Source: Rhodospirillales bacterium (GTDB taxonomy: Bacteria; Pseudomonadota; Alphaproteobacteria; Rhodospirillales; SHVU01). From it: a stretch of 64,000 nt of DNA. Position 1 is the stretch's first letter. Every line of letters begins with the position of its first letter. The stretch covers positions 24,492 to 88,491 of the forward strand of contig SHVU01000002.1 in the NCBI GenBank assembly GCA_009691105.1, read 5' to 3'. The notes under the pieces are model-generated. The model was not told the DNA's origin. It ran no database searches and worked only from the letters and a program-made list of their open reading frames with translations. Below are positions 52,738 to 63,844 of the stretch, piece after piece. The position numbers were made by a program, and so were the translations under genes.

Positions 52738-53563
52738 GCTCGGCATCCTCGCCGGCTCCGGCGAGATGCCCGCCCGACTCATCGACGAATGCCGGCGGTC
52801 GGGCCGGGAGTTCTTCGTCATAGCCTTCGAAGGTCATACGCCCGCCGCGATCGTCGCGAACGTGCCCCATGCTTGGGTGCGGCTCGGCGCCGTCGGCAAA
52901 GCCATCGAGCTTCTGCACGGCGCTGCCGTCCGCGATGTCCTCATGGTCGGCGCCATTCGCCGTCCGTCGTTGAGCGAACTCCGGCCCGATGGCCGGGCGG
53001 CCCGCATCTTGGCCAAGGCCGGCGCCGCGCTGTTCGGCGACAATCGACTGCTCTCCGCAATTACCAGCGAACTCGAAGCCGCCGAAGGGTTTCGCGTCGT
53101 CGGCGTCGAATCGATCCTCACCGAGACCCTGGCGCGACTGGGTCCCTATGGCGCGGTCACGCCGAACGAGGCGGCGGCCAGTGACATTGCGGTCGGGGTC
53201 GAAGTCGCGCGCCGTCTCGGGGCGCTGGATGTCGGGCAGGGGGTCATCGTCCAGCAAGGTTTGGTGCTGGCTGTCGAGGCCATCGAAGGCACCGACGCCA
53301 TGCTGGCTCGGGCCGCGACACTGCGCCGCGACGGTCCCGGCGGCGTTCTCGTCAAGGTCAAGAAACCTGGCCAGGACGGCCGCGCCGATCTCCCGACCAT
53401 TGGCGTCGCCACCCTCGAAGCCGCACACACTGCCGGTCTTCAAGGCGTCGCCATCGAAGCCGGTGGCGCGCTGGTCGTCGATCCAAAAGCGGTGGCGGCG
53501 GCAGCGGATCGTCTCGGCCTCTTCGTCGTCGGCGTTCCCGTTGCGAAGGACGGGCAGGGGTGA
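52727..53563 (+). CDS. lpxI: UDP-2,3-diacylglucosamine pyrophosphatase LpxI (DUF1009)
   Basis: 278 aa. [15 protein letters not shown]..., ...[26 protein letters not shown]..., ...[20 protein letters not shown].... Sits between lpxA and lpxB, where LpxI replaces LpxH in alphaproteobacteria. Confidence 0.85.
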   Translation: MQPKLGILAGSGEMPARLIDECRRSGREFFVIAFEGHTPAAIVANVPHAWVRLGAVGKAIELLHGAAVRDVLMVGAIRRPSLSELRPDGRAARILAKAGAALFGDNRLLSAITSELEAAEGFRVVGVESILTETLARLGPYGAVTPNEAAASDIAVGVEVARRLGALDVGQGVIVQQGLVLAVEAIEGTDAMLARAATLRRDGPGGVLVKVKKPGQDGRADLPTIGVATLEAAHTAGLQGVAIEAGGALVVDPKAVAAAADRLGLFVVGVPVAKDGQG

Positions 53564-54723
53564 TAACGCCCTCCGGGCCGCTCATTTTTGTCGTCGCCGG
53601 CGAGCCGTCTGGCGACATTTTGGGCGGCGGATTGATGAAGGCGTTGTCCGAACACGACGGCGCGACCCGTTTTGCCGGCGTCGGCGGACCGCGCATGATC
53701 GATGCCGGACTGAGCAGCAGTCTCTTTCCCATGAGCGAGCTCTCGATCATGGGATTGGCCGAGGTCCTACCGCATCTTCGCCGTCTGAAACGCCGCCTGG
53801 ATGAAACCGAAGCTTCGGTCCGTGCTCTCAAGCCCGCCGCGGTCGTGACGATCGACTCGCCCGGTTTCACGTTCCGCCTGGCGCGTCGCCTCAAGGACGC
53901 CGGTATTCCGCTTATTCACTTCGTGGCGCCCAGCGTCTGGGCCTGGCGGCCGAAGCGCGCCAAGACTGCCGCCGAACTGTTCGATCATCTTCTGGCCTTG
54001 CTTCCGTTCGAGCCGCCGTACTTCGAACGCGAAGGCTTGGCCTGCACGTTCGTCGGCCATCCGGTCGTCGAAAGCGGCGCTGATCGCGGTGACGGCGAAG
54101 CGTTTCGTCGCCGTCATGGCATTGCCGCCGACGCGCCGGTTCTTTGCGTTCTGCCGGGAAGCCGCCGCAGCGAAACCTCGCGTTTGATGCCGATCTTCAT
54201 CGACACGTTGTCGCGACTGCGTCGCACGCGCCCCGATCTCGTGGCGGTTATTCCGGCGGTCAGCGCTTTGATGAGCGACATCAGAGCCGCCCCATGGCCG
54301 CCTGGAGTCCTGGTCGTCGCGGGCGACACGGAAAAGTTCGACGCCTTCGCGGCCGCCAACGTCGCGTTAGCGGCGTCCGGCACGGTGGCTCTGGAATTGG
54401 CCATGGCGAAGACGCCGGCGGTCATCGCCTATCGGGTCAGCGCCTTGACCCACGCCGTGGTCCGGCACTTGATCAAGATCCGCTACGCCAACCTCGTGAA
54501 TATCATTCTCGATCGCGAGGCCATGCCCGAATTCATCCAAAACAACTGCCGCCCCGAGCTGTTGGCCGCGGCGGTCGACGCGCTTCTCGCAAAAACGGAT
54601 GCGGCGGCCCGGCAAATCGAGGCCGGCCAGAAAGCGCTTGTTCAGTTGGGACTGGGTGGGGCGTCGCCGAGCCGGCGCGCCGCCCAGGTCGTGAGGTCCA
54701 TCGTCGACCGGTCGCGCCCGTAA
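53560..54723 (+). CDS. lpxB: Lipid-A-disaccharide synthase
   Basis: ...IFVVAGEPSGDILGGGLMKAL..., ...DSPGFTFRLARRLK..., ...ASGTVALELAMAKTPAVIAY.... GTGA overlap with lpxI. Confidence 0.93.
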   Translation: MITPSGPLIFVVAGEPSGDILGGGLMKALSEHDGATRFAGVGGPRMIDAGLSSSLFPMSELSIMGLAEVLPHLRRLKRRLDETEASVRALKPAAVVTIDSPGFTFRLARRLKDAGIPLIHFVAPSVWAWRPKRAKTAAELFDHLLALLPFEPPYFEREGLACTFVGHPVVESGADRGDGEAFRRRHGIAADAPVLCVLPGSRRSETSRLMPIFIDTLSRLRRTRPDLVAVIPAVSALMSDIRAAPWPPGVLVVAGDTEKFDAFAAANVALAASGTVALELAMAKTPAVIAYRVSALTHAVVRHLIKIRYANLVNIILDREAMPEFIQNNCRPELLAAAVDALLAKTDAAARQIEAGQKALVQLGLGGASPSRRAAQVVRSIVDRSRP

Positions 54724-54737
54724 AGGAACGCGACCGG
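54708..54737. terminator. Hairpin at the convergent lpxB/gltA junction
   Basis: CCGGTCGCG (12-nt loop containing the lpxB TAA) CGCGACCGG. Could serve either strand. No U-tracts. Confidence 0.35.
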
Positions 54738-54756
54738 CCGGCGAAACGGAAGGGCG

Positions 54757-56076
54757 CTATTTGCGCTTCTGCATCGGAACGTAAGGACGCTCGACTTCGC
54801 CGGTGAAGAGCTGACGCGGCCGGCCGATCTTCTGCGCCGGATCTTCGATCATCTCAATCCACTGGGCGACCCAGCCGACGGTCCTGGCCACGGCGAAGAG
54901 AGCCGTGAACATCGACGCCGGAATGCCCATCGCCTTGAAGATGATGCCCGAATAGAAGTCGACGTTCGGATAGAGCTTCCGCTGAACGAAGTAGTCGTCG
55001 GACAGCGCGATGTGCTCCAGTTCCTTGGCGAGATCGAGAAGGGGATCTTTGACCCCGAGCTCTTCCAGAACCTCGTGGCAGGTCTGCTGCATGACTTTGG
55101 CGCGCGGGTCGTAGTTCTTGTAGACCCGGTGCCCGAAGCCCATCAGCCGAAAGTTGTCCTTCGGATCTTTGGCGCGGCGGACGAACTCCGAAATCTTGTC
55201 CTTGCTGCCGATCTGCTGGAGCATGGTGATGACGGCTTCGTTGGCGCCGCCGTGCGCCGGGCCCCACAGCGAGGCGATGCCGGCCGCGATGCACGCGAAA
55301 GGATTGGCGCCGCTCGATCCGGCCATACGGACCGTCGAGGTCGAGGCGTTCTGCTCGTGGTCGGCATGCAAGATGAGGATGCGGTCCATGGCTTTGGCCA
55401 GGACCGGGCTCATTTTGTATTCCTCGCAGGGGTTCGAGAACATCATGTGAATGAAGTTCTCAGCGTAATTCAGATTGTTGCGGGGATACACAGCCGGCTG
55501 ACCGAGCGTGTACTTGAAGGCCGCGGCGGCAATCGTCGGCATCTTGGCGATCAACCGGTACGACGCGACCATCCGGTGGTGCGGGTTCGAGATGTCGGTC
55601 GAGTCGTGATAGAAGGCCGACAAGGCGCCGACCACGCCGCACATCACTGCCATCGGGTGCGAGTCGCGACGGAATCCACGGAAGAAGAAGTGGATCTGCT
55701 CGTGCAACATCGTGTGATAGGTGATGTCGTTAACGAACTTGGCCTTCGTCTGGGCGTTCGGCAGTTCGCCGTACAGAAGCAGGTAGCAGGTCTCCAAGAA
55801 ATCCGAGTGCTCGGCGAGCTCTTGGATCGGATACCCGCGGTACAACAGGATGCCGTTGTCACCGTCGATGTAGGTGATCTTCGACTCGCAGCTGCCCGTC
55901 GAGGTGTAGCCGGGGTCGTACGTGAAATGTCCGGTGTCGCCGTACAGCTTTCGGACGTCGATGACGCTCGGGCCCAAAGTGCCTTTGAGCACTGGTAGCT
56001 CATAGCTCTTGCCGGTCGTGTGATCCGTCAGGGTCATGCCATGATTTCTGCCCTTCGTCGCCTTGGCTTCGCTCAT
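54757..56076 (-). CDS. gltA: Citrate synthase
   Basis: 439 aa from ATG 56076 (GGGGAG upstream). ...[16 protein letters not shown]..., ...[15 protein letters not shown]..., ...PNVDFYSGI.... The 21 extra N-terminal codons of the track ORF are not supported. Confidence 0.95.
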   Translation of the reverse strand: MSEAKATKGRNHGMTLTDHTTGKSYELPVLKGTLGPSVIDVRKLYGDTGHFTYDPGYTSTGSCESKITYIDGDNGILLYRGYPIQELAEHSDFLETCYLLLYGELPNAQTKAKFVNDITYHTMLHEQIHFFFRGFRRDSHPMAVMCGVVGALSAFYHDSTDISNPHHRMVASYRLIAKMPTIAAAAFKYTLGQPAVYPRNNLNYAENFIHMMFSNPCEEYKMSPVLAKAMDRILILHADHEQNASTSTVRMAGSSGANPFACIAAGIASLWGPAHGGANEAVITMLQQIGSKDKISEFVRRAKDPKDNFRLMGFGHRVYKNYDPRAKVMQQTCHEVLEELGVKDPLLDLAKELEHIALSDDYFVQRKLYPNVDFYSGIIFKAMGIPASMFTALFAVARTVGWVAQWIEMIEDPAQKIGRPRQLFTGEVERPYVPMQKRK

Positions 56077-56152
56077 CGCCTTCACTCCCCTACCGGCCGG
56101 CCCGCCCGAAGGCGAACACCGACCCCAGCTGTTGTCCACAATCGGCCGTATC

Positions 56153-57613
56153 CTAGACCACGCGTGGTGCGGCCGCTGCTTTCGTATCCGTCATCGCGCC
56201 CTTGAGGGCGTCGTCGATTCTTCCCAACGTTTCGTCGCGGCCGAGAACCGCCATGGCCTCGAAGATCGGCGGCGAGGCCGTCGATCCGGTCACGGCAGCC
56301 CGCAAGGGCTGGGCGATCGCCCCGAGCTTTTCGCCATTCGTTTCGGCGATCCCCCGAGCCAATGTCTCGAGGCCCGTAGCCGACCAATCGCTGTTTTCGG
56401 CAAGGCTGGTATGCAAATCCGTCAGACCTGAACGGGATTCCGGAGTGAGCAAACGAGCCGCAGATTCGCTGACCGCGATTGGACGCGAAGACGCATAAAA
56501 CACTGCATTTTCAGCAAGTTCAACCAACGTCTTCGCACGCGCCTTCAAGCCCGGCATGCCCTTCAATATCCGATCTTCGGCCGTCTCGGCAAGCCTGCCG
56601 CTAAGCGCGGCCTGAACCTTCGGCAAGACGAGCGCGACCAGTCGGGCGTCGTCCATCTCGCGTAGATAGTGGCCATTGAGGTTGGCGAGCTTCGCCAAGT
56701 CGAAACGGGCCGGCGACCTGCCGACCGATCCGAGGTCGAACCATTCGATGGCTTGCTCGGTCGGGATGATCTCAGCATCGCCATGGGACCAGCCTAGGCG
56801 CAGGAGATAATTGCGCATGCTTTCCGGCAGGAAGCCCATGTCGCGATAGGCCTCGATGCCCAGCGCACCGTGACGCTTCGACAACTTGGCCCCGTCCGCG
56901 CCGTGGATCAGCGGGATATGGGCGAAAAACGGCACCGTCCAGTCCATAGCCTTGTAGAGCTGATATTGACGGAAGGTGTTGGTGAGGTGATCGCCGCCGC
57001 GAATGACGTGGGTGATGGCGCTGTCGTGATCGTCGACGACCACGGCCAGCATGTAGGTCGGCGTGCCGTCGGCTCGGAGCAGGACCATATCGTCGAGCTC
57101 TTCGTTGCCGACCTTCACGTCGCCTTGAACCAAATCCTTTACAGCCGTGTCGCCGCTTTGCGGCATCTTGAGGCGAATGACCGGCTCGACGCCGGCCGGC
57201 GCTTCTTTGGGATCGCGGTCGCGCCAGCGGCCGTCATAGCGCATGGGCTTTCCGGCCTTACGCGCGGCCTCGCGCATTTCGGTGAGTTCGGCCGGAGTGC
57301 AGAAGCAGCGGTAGGCATGCCCCTTGGCGAGCAATTCGCGGGCAACCTCGGCGTGACGCGGGGCGCGAACGAACTGCGACACGGGTTCGCCTTCCCAATC
57401 GAGACCGAGCCACGCCAAACAGTCGACGATGGCTTTGACCGCGGCCTCGGTGGAACGGGCCCGATCGGTGTCCTCGATCCGGAGCAGGTAACGGCCACCC
57501 TCGCCGGTGCGGGCGTGATGCTTGGCGAACAGCCAATTGAACAAAGCTGTCCGGGCCGCGCCGATGTGCAGATAGCCGGTGGGAGAGGGAGCGAAGCGGG
57601 TAACGACCGTCAT
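56153..57613 (-). CDS. gltX: Glutamate--tRNA ligase
   Basis: 486 aa from ATG 57613. [26 protein letters not shown] (HIGH) and ...[10 protein letters not shown] (KMSKS). Confidence 0.94.
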   Translation of the reverse strand: MTVVTRFAPSPTGYLHIGAARTALFNWLFAKHHARTGEGGRYLLRIEDTDRARSTEAAVKAIVDCLAWLGLDWEGEPVSQFVRAPRHAEVARELLAKGHAYRCFCTPAELTEMREAARKAGKPMRYDGRWRDRDPKEAPAGVEPVIRLKMPQSGDTAVKDLVQGDVKVGNEELDDMVLLRADGTPTYMLAVVVDDHDSAITHVIRGGDHLTNTFRQYQLYKAMDWTVPFFAHIPLIHGADGAKLSKRHGALGIEAYRDMGFLPESMRNYLLRLGWSHGDAEIIPTEQAIEWFDLGSVGRSPARFDLAKLANLNGHYLREMDDARLVALVLPKVQAALSGRLAETAEDRILKGMPGLKARAKTLVELAENAVFYASSRPIAVSESAARLLTPESRSGLTDLHTSLAENSDWSATGLETLARGIAETNGEKLGAIAQPLRAAVTGSTASPPIFEAMAVLGRDETLGRIDDALKGAMTDTKAAAAPRVV

Positions 57614-57623
57614 AGGTTCTGAT

Positions 57624-58799
57624 ATGCCGAGCAAGGGAAGCAGCGGCGATACCGTATCACGTCCCGGCGTCGCGAGCAGCTTCGGTGACATCATCGCCGC
57701 CGAACGCGGCCGCTGGATTCTGTGGCTCCCGGTCCTGATGGGGCTTGGTATCGGCACCTATTTCGCCTTGCCCGTCGAGCCGCCGCTCTGGATCGGAGTC
57801 GGCACGGTCGCCGGTCTTGCGGTCGCCCTCTGGCTGACCCGCCGCTGCGACGGTCCGTGGATCGTCTGTATCGGGCTCACCACGGTTGCGATCTCGGTCT
57901 GGTCGGCCGAAATCCGAACCCGGGTCGTCGCGGCGCCGGTGCTTATCGACGAGATCTGGCCGGTTTCGATTCAAGGCCGGGTCGTCGCCATCGAGGGACT
58001 GCAGCGCGGGTCTCGGGTTACGCTCGACTCGTTGGTCATCCCGCGGCTCGCGACCGCAGCCCATCCGGCGCAGGCTCGGATTTCTATTCCGACGCCGCCG
58101 CCCCATCTGAAACCTGGCGACCGCATCCGCGTGTCGGCAATGCTCTCGCCACCGCCCGGTCCGGCCGCGCCGGGTGCGCATGATTTTCACCGGCAGTTCT
58201 TTTTCGACGGGCTCGGCGCGGTCGGCTTTGCGGTGGGGACTGCGACCGTCATCGCCCCACGTCCCGCCGACGCGGGCGGGAGCTTTGCACTCTGGCTGGA
58301 GATACTGCGGCAGCGGATCAACGAACGGATCTTGGCCGTTCAACCCGGAGCCTCCAGCGTCATCGCCGCTGCGTTCATGACCGGCGACCGCGGTCCGATC
58401 CCCGAAGACATCCTGGCGGCGATGCGCGACTCAGGGCTCGCGCATCTTTTAGCGATCTACGGCGAGAGCGACGCTCTCGGTATCCGCTGTGACAACTACG
58501 GCTGCATCTATCGGGCCAACGGTCACGTCGTTGCCTTCGTGCGCGATATCGCGGCGCTGAGCGACGACTGCGGCCGAGCCGACGTCGTCGTCAGCACGGT
58601 TCCGGTTCGCCGGCGTTGTCCGTCCGCGAAAGCCGTCGTCGATCGATTTGATCTGTGGCGAAACGGCGCCCACGCCATTTGGCTGGGCGAGGGGCCGGAG
58701 GACGACATCCGGATCGAGTCGGCCAATGCCAGTCGCGGCGACAGACCCTGGGTCGTTCGTCCCGACCGGATTACGCGCGGGTTCAGTACCGGCGGATAA
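57624..58799 (+). CDS. comEC: ComEC/Rec2-related protein, apparently internally deleted (N-terminal third fused to C-terminal tail)
   Basis: 391 aa. TM head [25 protein letters not shown]4131-like part, conserved ...[12 protein letters not shown]. It then jumps directly to [16 protein letters not shown]...[10 protein letters not shown]. The polytopic channel domain expected after LLAISGLH is absent. Lies in the gltX-comEC-lexA position. Confidence 0.65.
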   Translation: MPSKGSSGDTVSRPGVASSFGDIIAAERGRWILWLPVLMGLGIGTYFALPVEPPLWIGVGTVAGLAVALWLTRRCDGPWIVCIGLTTVAISVWSAEIRTRVVAAPVLIDEIWPVSIQGRVVAIEGLQRGSRVTLDSLVIPRLATAAHPAQARISIPTPPPHLKPGDRIRVSAMLSPPPGPAAPGAHDFHRQFFFDGLGAVGFAVGTATVIAPRPADAGGSFALWLEILRQRINERILAVQPGASSVIAAAFMTGDRGPIPEDILAAMRDSGLAHLLAIYGESDALGIRCDNYGCIYRANGHVVAFVRDIAALSDDCGRADVVVSTVPVRRRCPSAKAVVDRFDLWRNGAHAIWLGEGPEDDIRIESANASRGDRPWVVRPDRITRGFSTGG

Positions 58800-59484
58800 T
58801 GCCGAACAGCCGACCCTGAACTTTGACCCGATCAGGCCCGAAGATTCTGGTCTCGTGGGACTTGTTGGCGGGCTCGAGCGCGATCGAGTTACCCTTGCGC
58901 CGGAGGCGCTTCAACGTCACTTCGTTCTCGTCGACCAACGCGACGACGATGGCGCCGTTGTCGGCAGTCTCGCTACGCTCAATGATGGCCGTGTCGCCAT
59001 CGTGGATGCCGGCGTCGATCATGGAATCCCCGTCGACCTCAAGGGCGTAATATTCGCCGTTGCCGAGAAGGCTGGCCGGGACGTCGATCCGGTTGGACTC
59101 GTCACGCAACGCCTCGATCGGAAGACCGGCGGCGATGCGTCCATACAGCGGGATATCGGACACGCCACGGCGCGCCGTGTTCTTTGCCGCCAGCCGCGCA
59201 ATGACGGGATCCGGCATGGTCGGCGGAATCATCACTTCGGCGGGCTGACCGCGCTCGCGCAGACGCTGGTTTTCGGGAACGCGAATGACTTCGAGGGCAC
59301 GGGCCCGGTGCGGCAGGCGATGGAGAAACCCGCGCTCGACGAGCCCAGTGATCAGGCGATGAATACCCGACTTCGATTTGAGGCCGAGAGCCTCTTTCAT
59401 TTCATCGAAGGAGGGCGACACACCGGCTTCTTTCAGCCGACGGTCGATGTACATGAGCAGTTCGTATTGCTTGCGCGTGAGCAT
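58783..59484 (-). CDS. lexA: LexA repressor
   Basis: 233 aa. Winged-helix [45 protein letters not shown], cleavage/peptidase part ...GRIAAG..., ...[11 protein letters not shown]..., ...VTLKRL.... GGGGGA lies 7 nt before the ATG. Confidence 0.95.
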   Translation of the reverse strand: MLTRKQYELLMYIDRRLKEAGVSPSFDEMKEALGLKSKSGIHRLITGLVERGFLHRLPHRARALEVIRVPENQRLRERGQPAEVMIPPTMPDPVIARLAAKNTARRGVSDIPLYGRIAAGLPIEALRDESNRIDVPASLLGNGEYYALEVDGDSMIDAGIHDGDTAIIERSETADNGAIVVALVDENEVTLKRLRRKGNSIALEPANKSHETRIFGPDRVKVQGRLFGIIRRY

Positions 59485-59562
59485 GATCGTGTCCCCCGTT
59501 CCATCGTCTGGGACTGCAGTCTCCCCTGAGCCAAATGGGGAACAAACGGCAAACCCGCAGAT

Positions 59563-59577
59563 GTTCTAGTTTAGTTC
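59563..59577 (-). promoter_or_regulatory. Alphaproteobacterial SOS box (GTTC-N7-GTTC / GAAC-N7-GAAC)
   Basis: Plus strand reads GTTCTAGTTTAGTTC, 79-93 nt upstream of the lexA ATG. It matches the direct-repeat LexA operator described for alphaproteobacteria. Confidence 0.75.
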
Positions 59578-59591
59578 CGAAACATGGTCAA
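59563..59591 (-). promoter_or_regulatory. Putative lexA promoter (TTGACC-N17-TAGAAC) overlapped by the SOS box
   Basis: Minus strand reads cTTGACCatgtttcGGAACtaaacTAGAACatc: -35 at 59586-59591, -10 at 59563-59568. The SOS box covers the spacer and the -10. Confidence 0.55.
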
Positions 59592-59606
59592 GAGGGGGGT
59601 CTGAGA

Positions 59607-60818
59607 TCAAAATCCCGAGCCGCCACCAAGCGGAATGACTTCGATTCGATCGCCGATCGCGGCGGCCGGGGCGTGGGCCCGTCGAATCACCAGGCCGTCG
59701 GCTTTGGCGAACAACGTGACCATGGAACTGTCCTGCTTCTCGAAAGGCGTTGCGATCAGATCGCCGTTCGCATCGCGCTCGAGTTTGGACCGGAGGTAAT
59801 CCTCGCGTTGATCGTTGGCAGCGAGATTGCGACTGAGACGCGCCCCGACGATATCGGAATCGGAACGCGGCAAACCGAGCAGGGCGCGAATGGCCGGGCG
59901 GAGAAACAGGATCGAGGTCACGCCGACCGAAACCGGATTGCCGGGAAGCCCCAGAACCGGAACGCCGTCGAGCCACCCGAACATCAGCGGTTTTCCAGGC
60001 CGCATGGCGATCTTGTAGAAGTCGATCTTCAATCCCTTGTCGCCGAGAACCTTGCGGACAAGGTCATGATCGCCGACTGAGATTCCGCCAAGCGTCACCA
60101 AGATGTCAGCGCCGCGCGCACCCGCGACCATGGCGGCGAGGGATTGTTCTTCGTCGGGCGCGATGCCCAGGTTCACCGGTTCGCCGCCGAGAACTCGAAC
60201 GAACGCCGCTACGGCCAAGGAATTCGAGCTGACGATCTGATCGGGGCCGACCGGATCGCCGGGCATGACGACTTCGTTGCCCGTGGCAATGATCGCAACC
60301 CGAGGACGGCGGCGGACATTCAGCCACGGCACGTTCATCGCTGCCGCCAGGCCGATGTCGCGAGCCGTCATCATCCGTCCGGCATTCAGCAGCACTTGCC
60401 CGGTCTTGAAATCGAGTCCTTCGAGCCGAATGTGCCGGCCGCGAAGCGAGCCCTCCTTGACGATGACGATGCCGCCATCGCGATCGGTATTTTCTTGAAT
60501 GACGATGGTGTCGGCTCCGGGCGGCACCGGCGCGCCAGTAAAAATACGCGCCGCCTGACCGATCCCTACTGAGCCCGAGAAGCCTTTGCCGGCCGCCGAC
60601 TCGCCCAAGACCGTCAGGCGCGCCGGCACATTGGCAACATCGGCGGCGCGCACCGCGTATCCGTCCATGGCCGAAACATCGGCCGGCGGTTGCGTGAGGC
60701 GCGACGCGACGTCTTCGGCCAACACGCGTCCGAGCGCGTCGGCAAGGCTCACCTGCTCGGCACCGACGGGGCGGAGCTCGGCAACGACTTTGGCTTGGGC
60801 CTCGGCGACGGGAAGCAT
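59607..60818 (-). CDS. moeA: Molybdopterin molybdotransferase
   Basis: 403 aa. MLPVAEAQAKV..., ...VSAMDGYAVRAAD..., ...ILVTLGGISVGDHDLV..., ...GLPGNPVS.... Confidence 0.92.
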   Translation of the reverse strand: MLPVAEAQAKVVAELRPVGAEQVSLADALGRVLAEDVASRLTQPPADVSAMDGYAVRAADVANVPARLTVLGESAAGKGFSGSVGIGQAARIFTGAPVPPGADTIVIQENTDRDGGIVIVKEGSLRGRHIRLEGLDFKTGQVLLNAGRMMTARDIGLAAAMNVPWLNVRRRPRVAIIATGNEVVMPGDPVGPDQIVSSNSLAVAAFVRVLGGEPVNLGIAPDEEQSLAAMVAGARGADILVTLGGISVGDHDLVRKVLGDKGLKIDFYKIAMRPGKPLMFGWLDGVPVLGLPGNPVSVGVTSILFLRPAIRALLGLPRSDSDIVGARLSRNLAANDQREDYLRSKLERDANGDLIATPFEKQDSSMVTLFAKADGLVIRRAHAPAAAIGDRIEVIPLGGGSGF

Positions 60819-60825
60819 GGGCGCC

Positions 60826-61305
60826 TCAGTCGGCGGTGAAGAGACCCGACTTGCCGCCGCTTTTGCGGACCAGTCGGATGTCGGTGATGCGCATGCCGCG
60901 ATCGACGGATTTCATCATGTCGTAGACGGTCAGGGCCGCGACCGAGACCGCGGTCATGGCTTCCATCTCGACACCAGTCCGGCCGGTGGCGGTGCAGGTC
61001 GCCGTTACGTCGACGGCGCGGCGGCGCGCGTCGATCGCCAGGGTAACTTCGACCTTCGACAATTCCAGCGGATGGCAGAGCGGAATCAGATCCGGCGTGC
61101 GCTTTGCCGCCATGATTCCGGCCAATTGAGCGACGCCGAGCACGTCGCCTTTCTTGGCTTTGCCTTTCCGAATGATCGCGAGCGCCTCGGCGCTGACGAT
61201 GACGCTGGCTTTGGCGATGGCGCTGCGCAGGTTCGGCGCTTTGGCGGAGACATCGACCATGCGGGCATTGCCGCGCCGGTCGATATGCGTAAGACGACGG
61301 GCCAT
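60826..61305 (-). CDS. moaC: Cyclic pyranopterin monophosphate synthase accessory protein
   Basis: 159 aa from ATG 61305. [18 protein letters not shown]..., ...[29 protein letters not shown]..., ...[21 protein letters not shown].... Confidence 0.93.
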   Translation of the reverse strand: MARRLTHIDRRGNARMVDVSAKAPNLRSAIAKASVIVSAEALAIIRKGKAKKGDVLGVAQLAGIMAAKRTPDLIPLCHPLELSKVEVTLAIDARRRAVDVTATCTATGRTGVEMEAMTAVSVAALTVYDMMKSVDRGMRITDIRLVRKSGGKSGLFTAD

Positions 61306-61309
61306 CGCC

Positions 61310-62137
61310 TCAGGCCCTGAGAGCGCGGCGCTCACCGCGATCGAGAAGGGCGCGTGTCGCGGCTTCCACATCGCCGGTCTTCATTAAGCTTTCGCCGACC
61401 AGGAAACAGCCGACGCCGGCACGAGCAAGACGTTCGAGATCGGCCGGGCCGCGAATGCCGCTTTCGCCGACGGCCAGGGTCGAGGGTTTCAGCCGCGGAG
61501 CGAGGCGCTCGGTGGTGGCGAGATCGATGGCGAGAGTCCGAAGATTGCGGTTGTTGATCCCGATGGCCGGCGGATCGAGGGCCAGGGCGCGATCGAGTTC
61601 CGGTTCGTCATGGACTTCGACCAACGCATCCATGCCAAGGTCGCGGATCGCCGCCATCAGCTCGCGGGCCTCGCCGTCGTCCAAGGCCGCCATGATCAGC
61701 AGAACCGCATCGGCGCCGATCGCCCGGGCTTCGATCACCTGATAGGGATCGAGGATAAAATCTTTGCGCAGCACCGGCAGATCGACGGCGTTGCGCGCCG
61801 CAGTGAGATCCGCGGTCGAGCCTTGAAAGAACGGCTCATCGGTCAGCACCGACAAACAGTTCGCACCGCCGCGCGCGTAGGCGCGGGCCAGAGTCACCGG
61901 ATCGAAATCGGGACGGATGAGCCCGGCCGATGGCGAGGCTTTTTTGATTTCGGCGATGAGACCGAAGGGGCCGCCGCGATTAGCGCCTTCGACCGCGGCG
62001 TGAAGAGTGCGAACGAAGCCACGCGGCGGAATCGCGGCGCGGGCTTCGGCGCGCAATGTTTCGGCCGAGCGCTCGCGCTTGCAACGCGCCACATGCTGTC
62101 GCGTCTCGGCGCAGATCCGAAGGAGGATATCGCTCAT
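61310..62137 (-). CDS. trpC: Indole-3-glycerol phosphate synthase
   Basis: 275 aa. ...[15 protein letters not shown]..., ...[13 protein letters not shown]..., ...[14 protein letters not shown]..., ...VEVHDEPEL..., ...IGINNRNL.... Confidence 0.94.
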   Translation of the reverse strand: MSDILLRICAETRQHVARCKRERSAETLRAEARAAIPPRGFVRTLHAAVEGANRGGPFGLIAEIKKASPSAGLIRPDFDPVTLARAYARGGANCLSVLTDEPFFQGSTADLTAARNAVDLPVLRKDFILDPYQVIEARAIGADAVLLIMAALDDGEARELMAAIRDLGMDALVEVHDEPELDRALALDPPAIGINNRNLRTLAIDLATTERLAPRLKPSTLAVGESGIRGPADLERLARAGVGCFLVGESLMKTGDVEAATRALLDRGERRALRA

Positions 62138-63168
62138 GATCGGCCGCAGGTCACGGTAACAAGCTTGGCGAGCGTCGCCTTGGCCTTACCTTGATCGATA
62201 GCCGCAGCGGCGATTTTCACGCCGTCGCCCAACGTGTTCGCCTTGCCAGCAACGACCAGCGCCGCCGCGGCGTTCAACATCACGATGTCGCGGAACGGAC
62301 CGGCCTTGCCGTCGAGCAGATTGTGGATGGCCTGGGCGTTGACGTCGGGCGTGCCGCCCTTGAGATCGGCCGGCTGGGCGCGGGCGATACCGACATCCTC
62401 AGGCTTCACTTCAAAGGTCTTGATGCGGCCGCCGTCGATTTCGACGACGAAGGACGGACCAGTGGTCGTCATTTCATCGAGGCCGTCGGATCCGTGGACC
62501 ACCCAGGCCCGTTCGCATCCCAAGTTGCCAAGAACTCGGGCCATGGGCTCGATCCATTGGCGGGCGAAGGCGCCGGTGAACTGGCGTTTGACGCCGGCCG
62601 GATTGGAAAGAGGGCCGAGCAGATTGAAAATCGTCCGTGTGCCGATCTCGGCGCGGGCCGGGCCGACATGGCGCATGGCGCTGTGATGGCGCGGCGCGAA
62701 CATGAAGCCGATTTTGGCCTCCCACATCGCTTTTTTGACGAGGCTCAGGTCGCAGTCGAGATCGACGCCGAGCGCTTTCAGAACGTCGGCCGAGCCTGTC
62801 TTCGACGACAACGCGCGGTTGCCGTGCTTGGCGACCGGAACGCCGGCCCCGGCCACGACTATCGCTGCGGCGGTCGACACGTTGAACGTTCCCGACGCAT
62901 CGCCGCCGGTGCCCACCACGTCGATGGCGTCGGGCGGGGCTTCGATGGGAGTAGCCTTGGCGCGCATGATGCGAACCGCGCCGGTGATTTCGTCGACGGT
63001 TTCGCCGCGCACCCGGAGCGCCATCAGGAACGCGCCGATCTGCGCCGGCGTCGCTTCGCCTGACATGATGATATCAAAGGCGCGTTCGGCTTCGTCGGCG
63101 CTTAAGGATTTGCCGGTCGCGACAAGAGCCAACAGCGGCTTCATGTCGCGGGACGGAGAGCCGTTCAT
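62134..63168 (-). CDS. trpD: Anthranilate phosphoribosyltransferase
   Basis: 344 aa. ...[15 protein letters not shown]..., ...[20 protein letters not shown]..., ...[19 protein letters not shown].... Confidence 0.95.
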   Translation of the reverse strand: MNGSPSRDMKPLLALVATGKSLSADEAERAFDIIMSGEATPAQIGAFLMALRVRGETVDEITGAVRIMRAKATPIEAPPDAIDVVGTGGDASGTFNVSTAAAIVVAGAGVPVAKHGNRALSSKTGSADVLKALGVDLDCDLSLVKKAMWEAKIGFMFAPRHHSAMRHVGPARAEIGTRTIFNLLGPLSNPAGVKRQFTGAFARQWIEPMARVLGNLGCERAWVVHGSDGLDEMTTTGPSFVVEIDGGRIKTFEVKPEDVGIARAQPADLKGGTPDVNAQAIHNLLDGKAGPFRDIVMLNAAAALVVAGKANTLGDGVKIAAAAIDQGKAKATLAKLVTVTCGRS

Positions 63169-63752
63169 GCCGCCATCCGCTTGCCAGACGCGATATCGAG
63201 GAAGTTTTTCAGCAGGAGGTGGCCGTGCTCAGAGGCGATGCTTTCCGGGTGGAATTGAACACCGAAGATCGGCAGCGATTCATGGGCGAGGCCCTGGATC
63301 ACGCCGTCGGGACTTTCGGCCGTGATGGTCAGGCTTTTGGGGAAGCTTTCGCGGGCGATCGTTAGGGAGTGATAGCGGGTCGCCGCGAAGGGGCTCGGGA
63401 CCGACGTGAAAATATCGGTGCCGCGGTGGCGAATGTCCGAGAGCTTGCCGTGCATCGGCTGGGGCGCCCGCACGATCGTGCCGCCGAAGGCTTGGCCGAT
63501 AGCCTGATGGCCGAGGCAGACGCCGAAGATCGGAAGCTTGCCCGTCGCCTTGCGGATCAGCTCGAGGCAAATGCCGGCCCGGTCGGGGTCGCAGGGACCC
63601 GGCGACAGGACGATCCCTTGCGGCGAAAGGGCCATGGCCTGATCAGCCGTCAGGGCGTCGTTGCGCTTAACCTCGACCTCCGCCCCGAGCTCGCCGAGGT
63701 AGTGGAGGAGGTTGTAGGTAAAGCTGTCGTAGTTATCTATTAGAAGAAACAT
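63165..63752 (-). CDS. trpG: Anthranilate synthase component II (glutamine amidotransferase; may also serve PabA function)
   Basis: [19 protein letters not shown]..., catalytic ...[13 protein letters not shown]..., ...GVQFHPES.... ATGA-type overlap with trpD. Confidence 0.93.
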   Translation of the reverse strand: MFLLIDNYDSFTYNLLHYLGELGAEVEVKRNDALTADQAMALSPQGIVLSPGPCDPDRAGICLELIRKATGKLPIFGVCLGHQAIGQAFGGTIVRAPQPMHGKLSDIRHRGTDIFTSVPSPFAATRYHSLTIARESFPKSLTITAESPDGVIQGLAHESLPIFGVQFHPESIASEHGHLLLKNFLDIASGKRMAA

Positions 63753-63844
63753 TTCAATATCTTATACCATTTGCCCCCCCATCTCTGGCGGATAGACATC
63801 CAACACCCTGGGGAGCACGATTCCAAGTGGCGCTTACAACGCCG

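Noticed and set aside
59540-59554. Possible second SOS box (GAACAAACGGCAAAC)
   Set aside because: The second half-site is AAAC rather than GAAC, and the element has the opposite orientation to the good box. It is too degenerate to call without binding data.
63753-63844. Tryptophan attenuator or leader peptide upstream of trpG
   Set aside because: The only mini-ORF seen (MGGQMV) has no Trp codons, and I could not find alternative terminator/antiterminator pairings.
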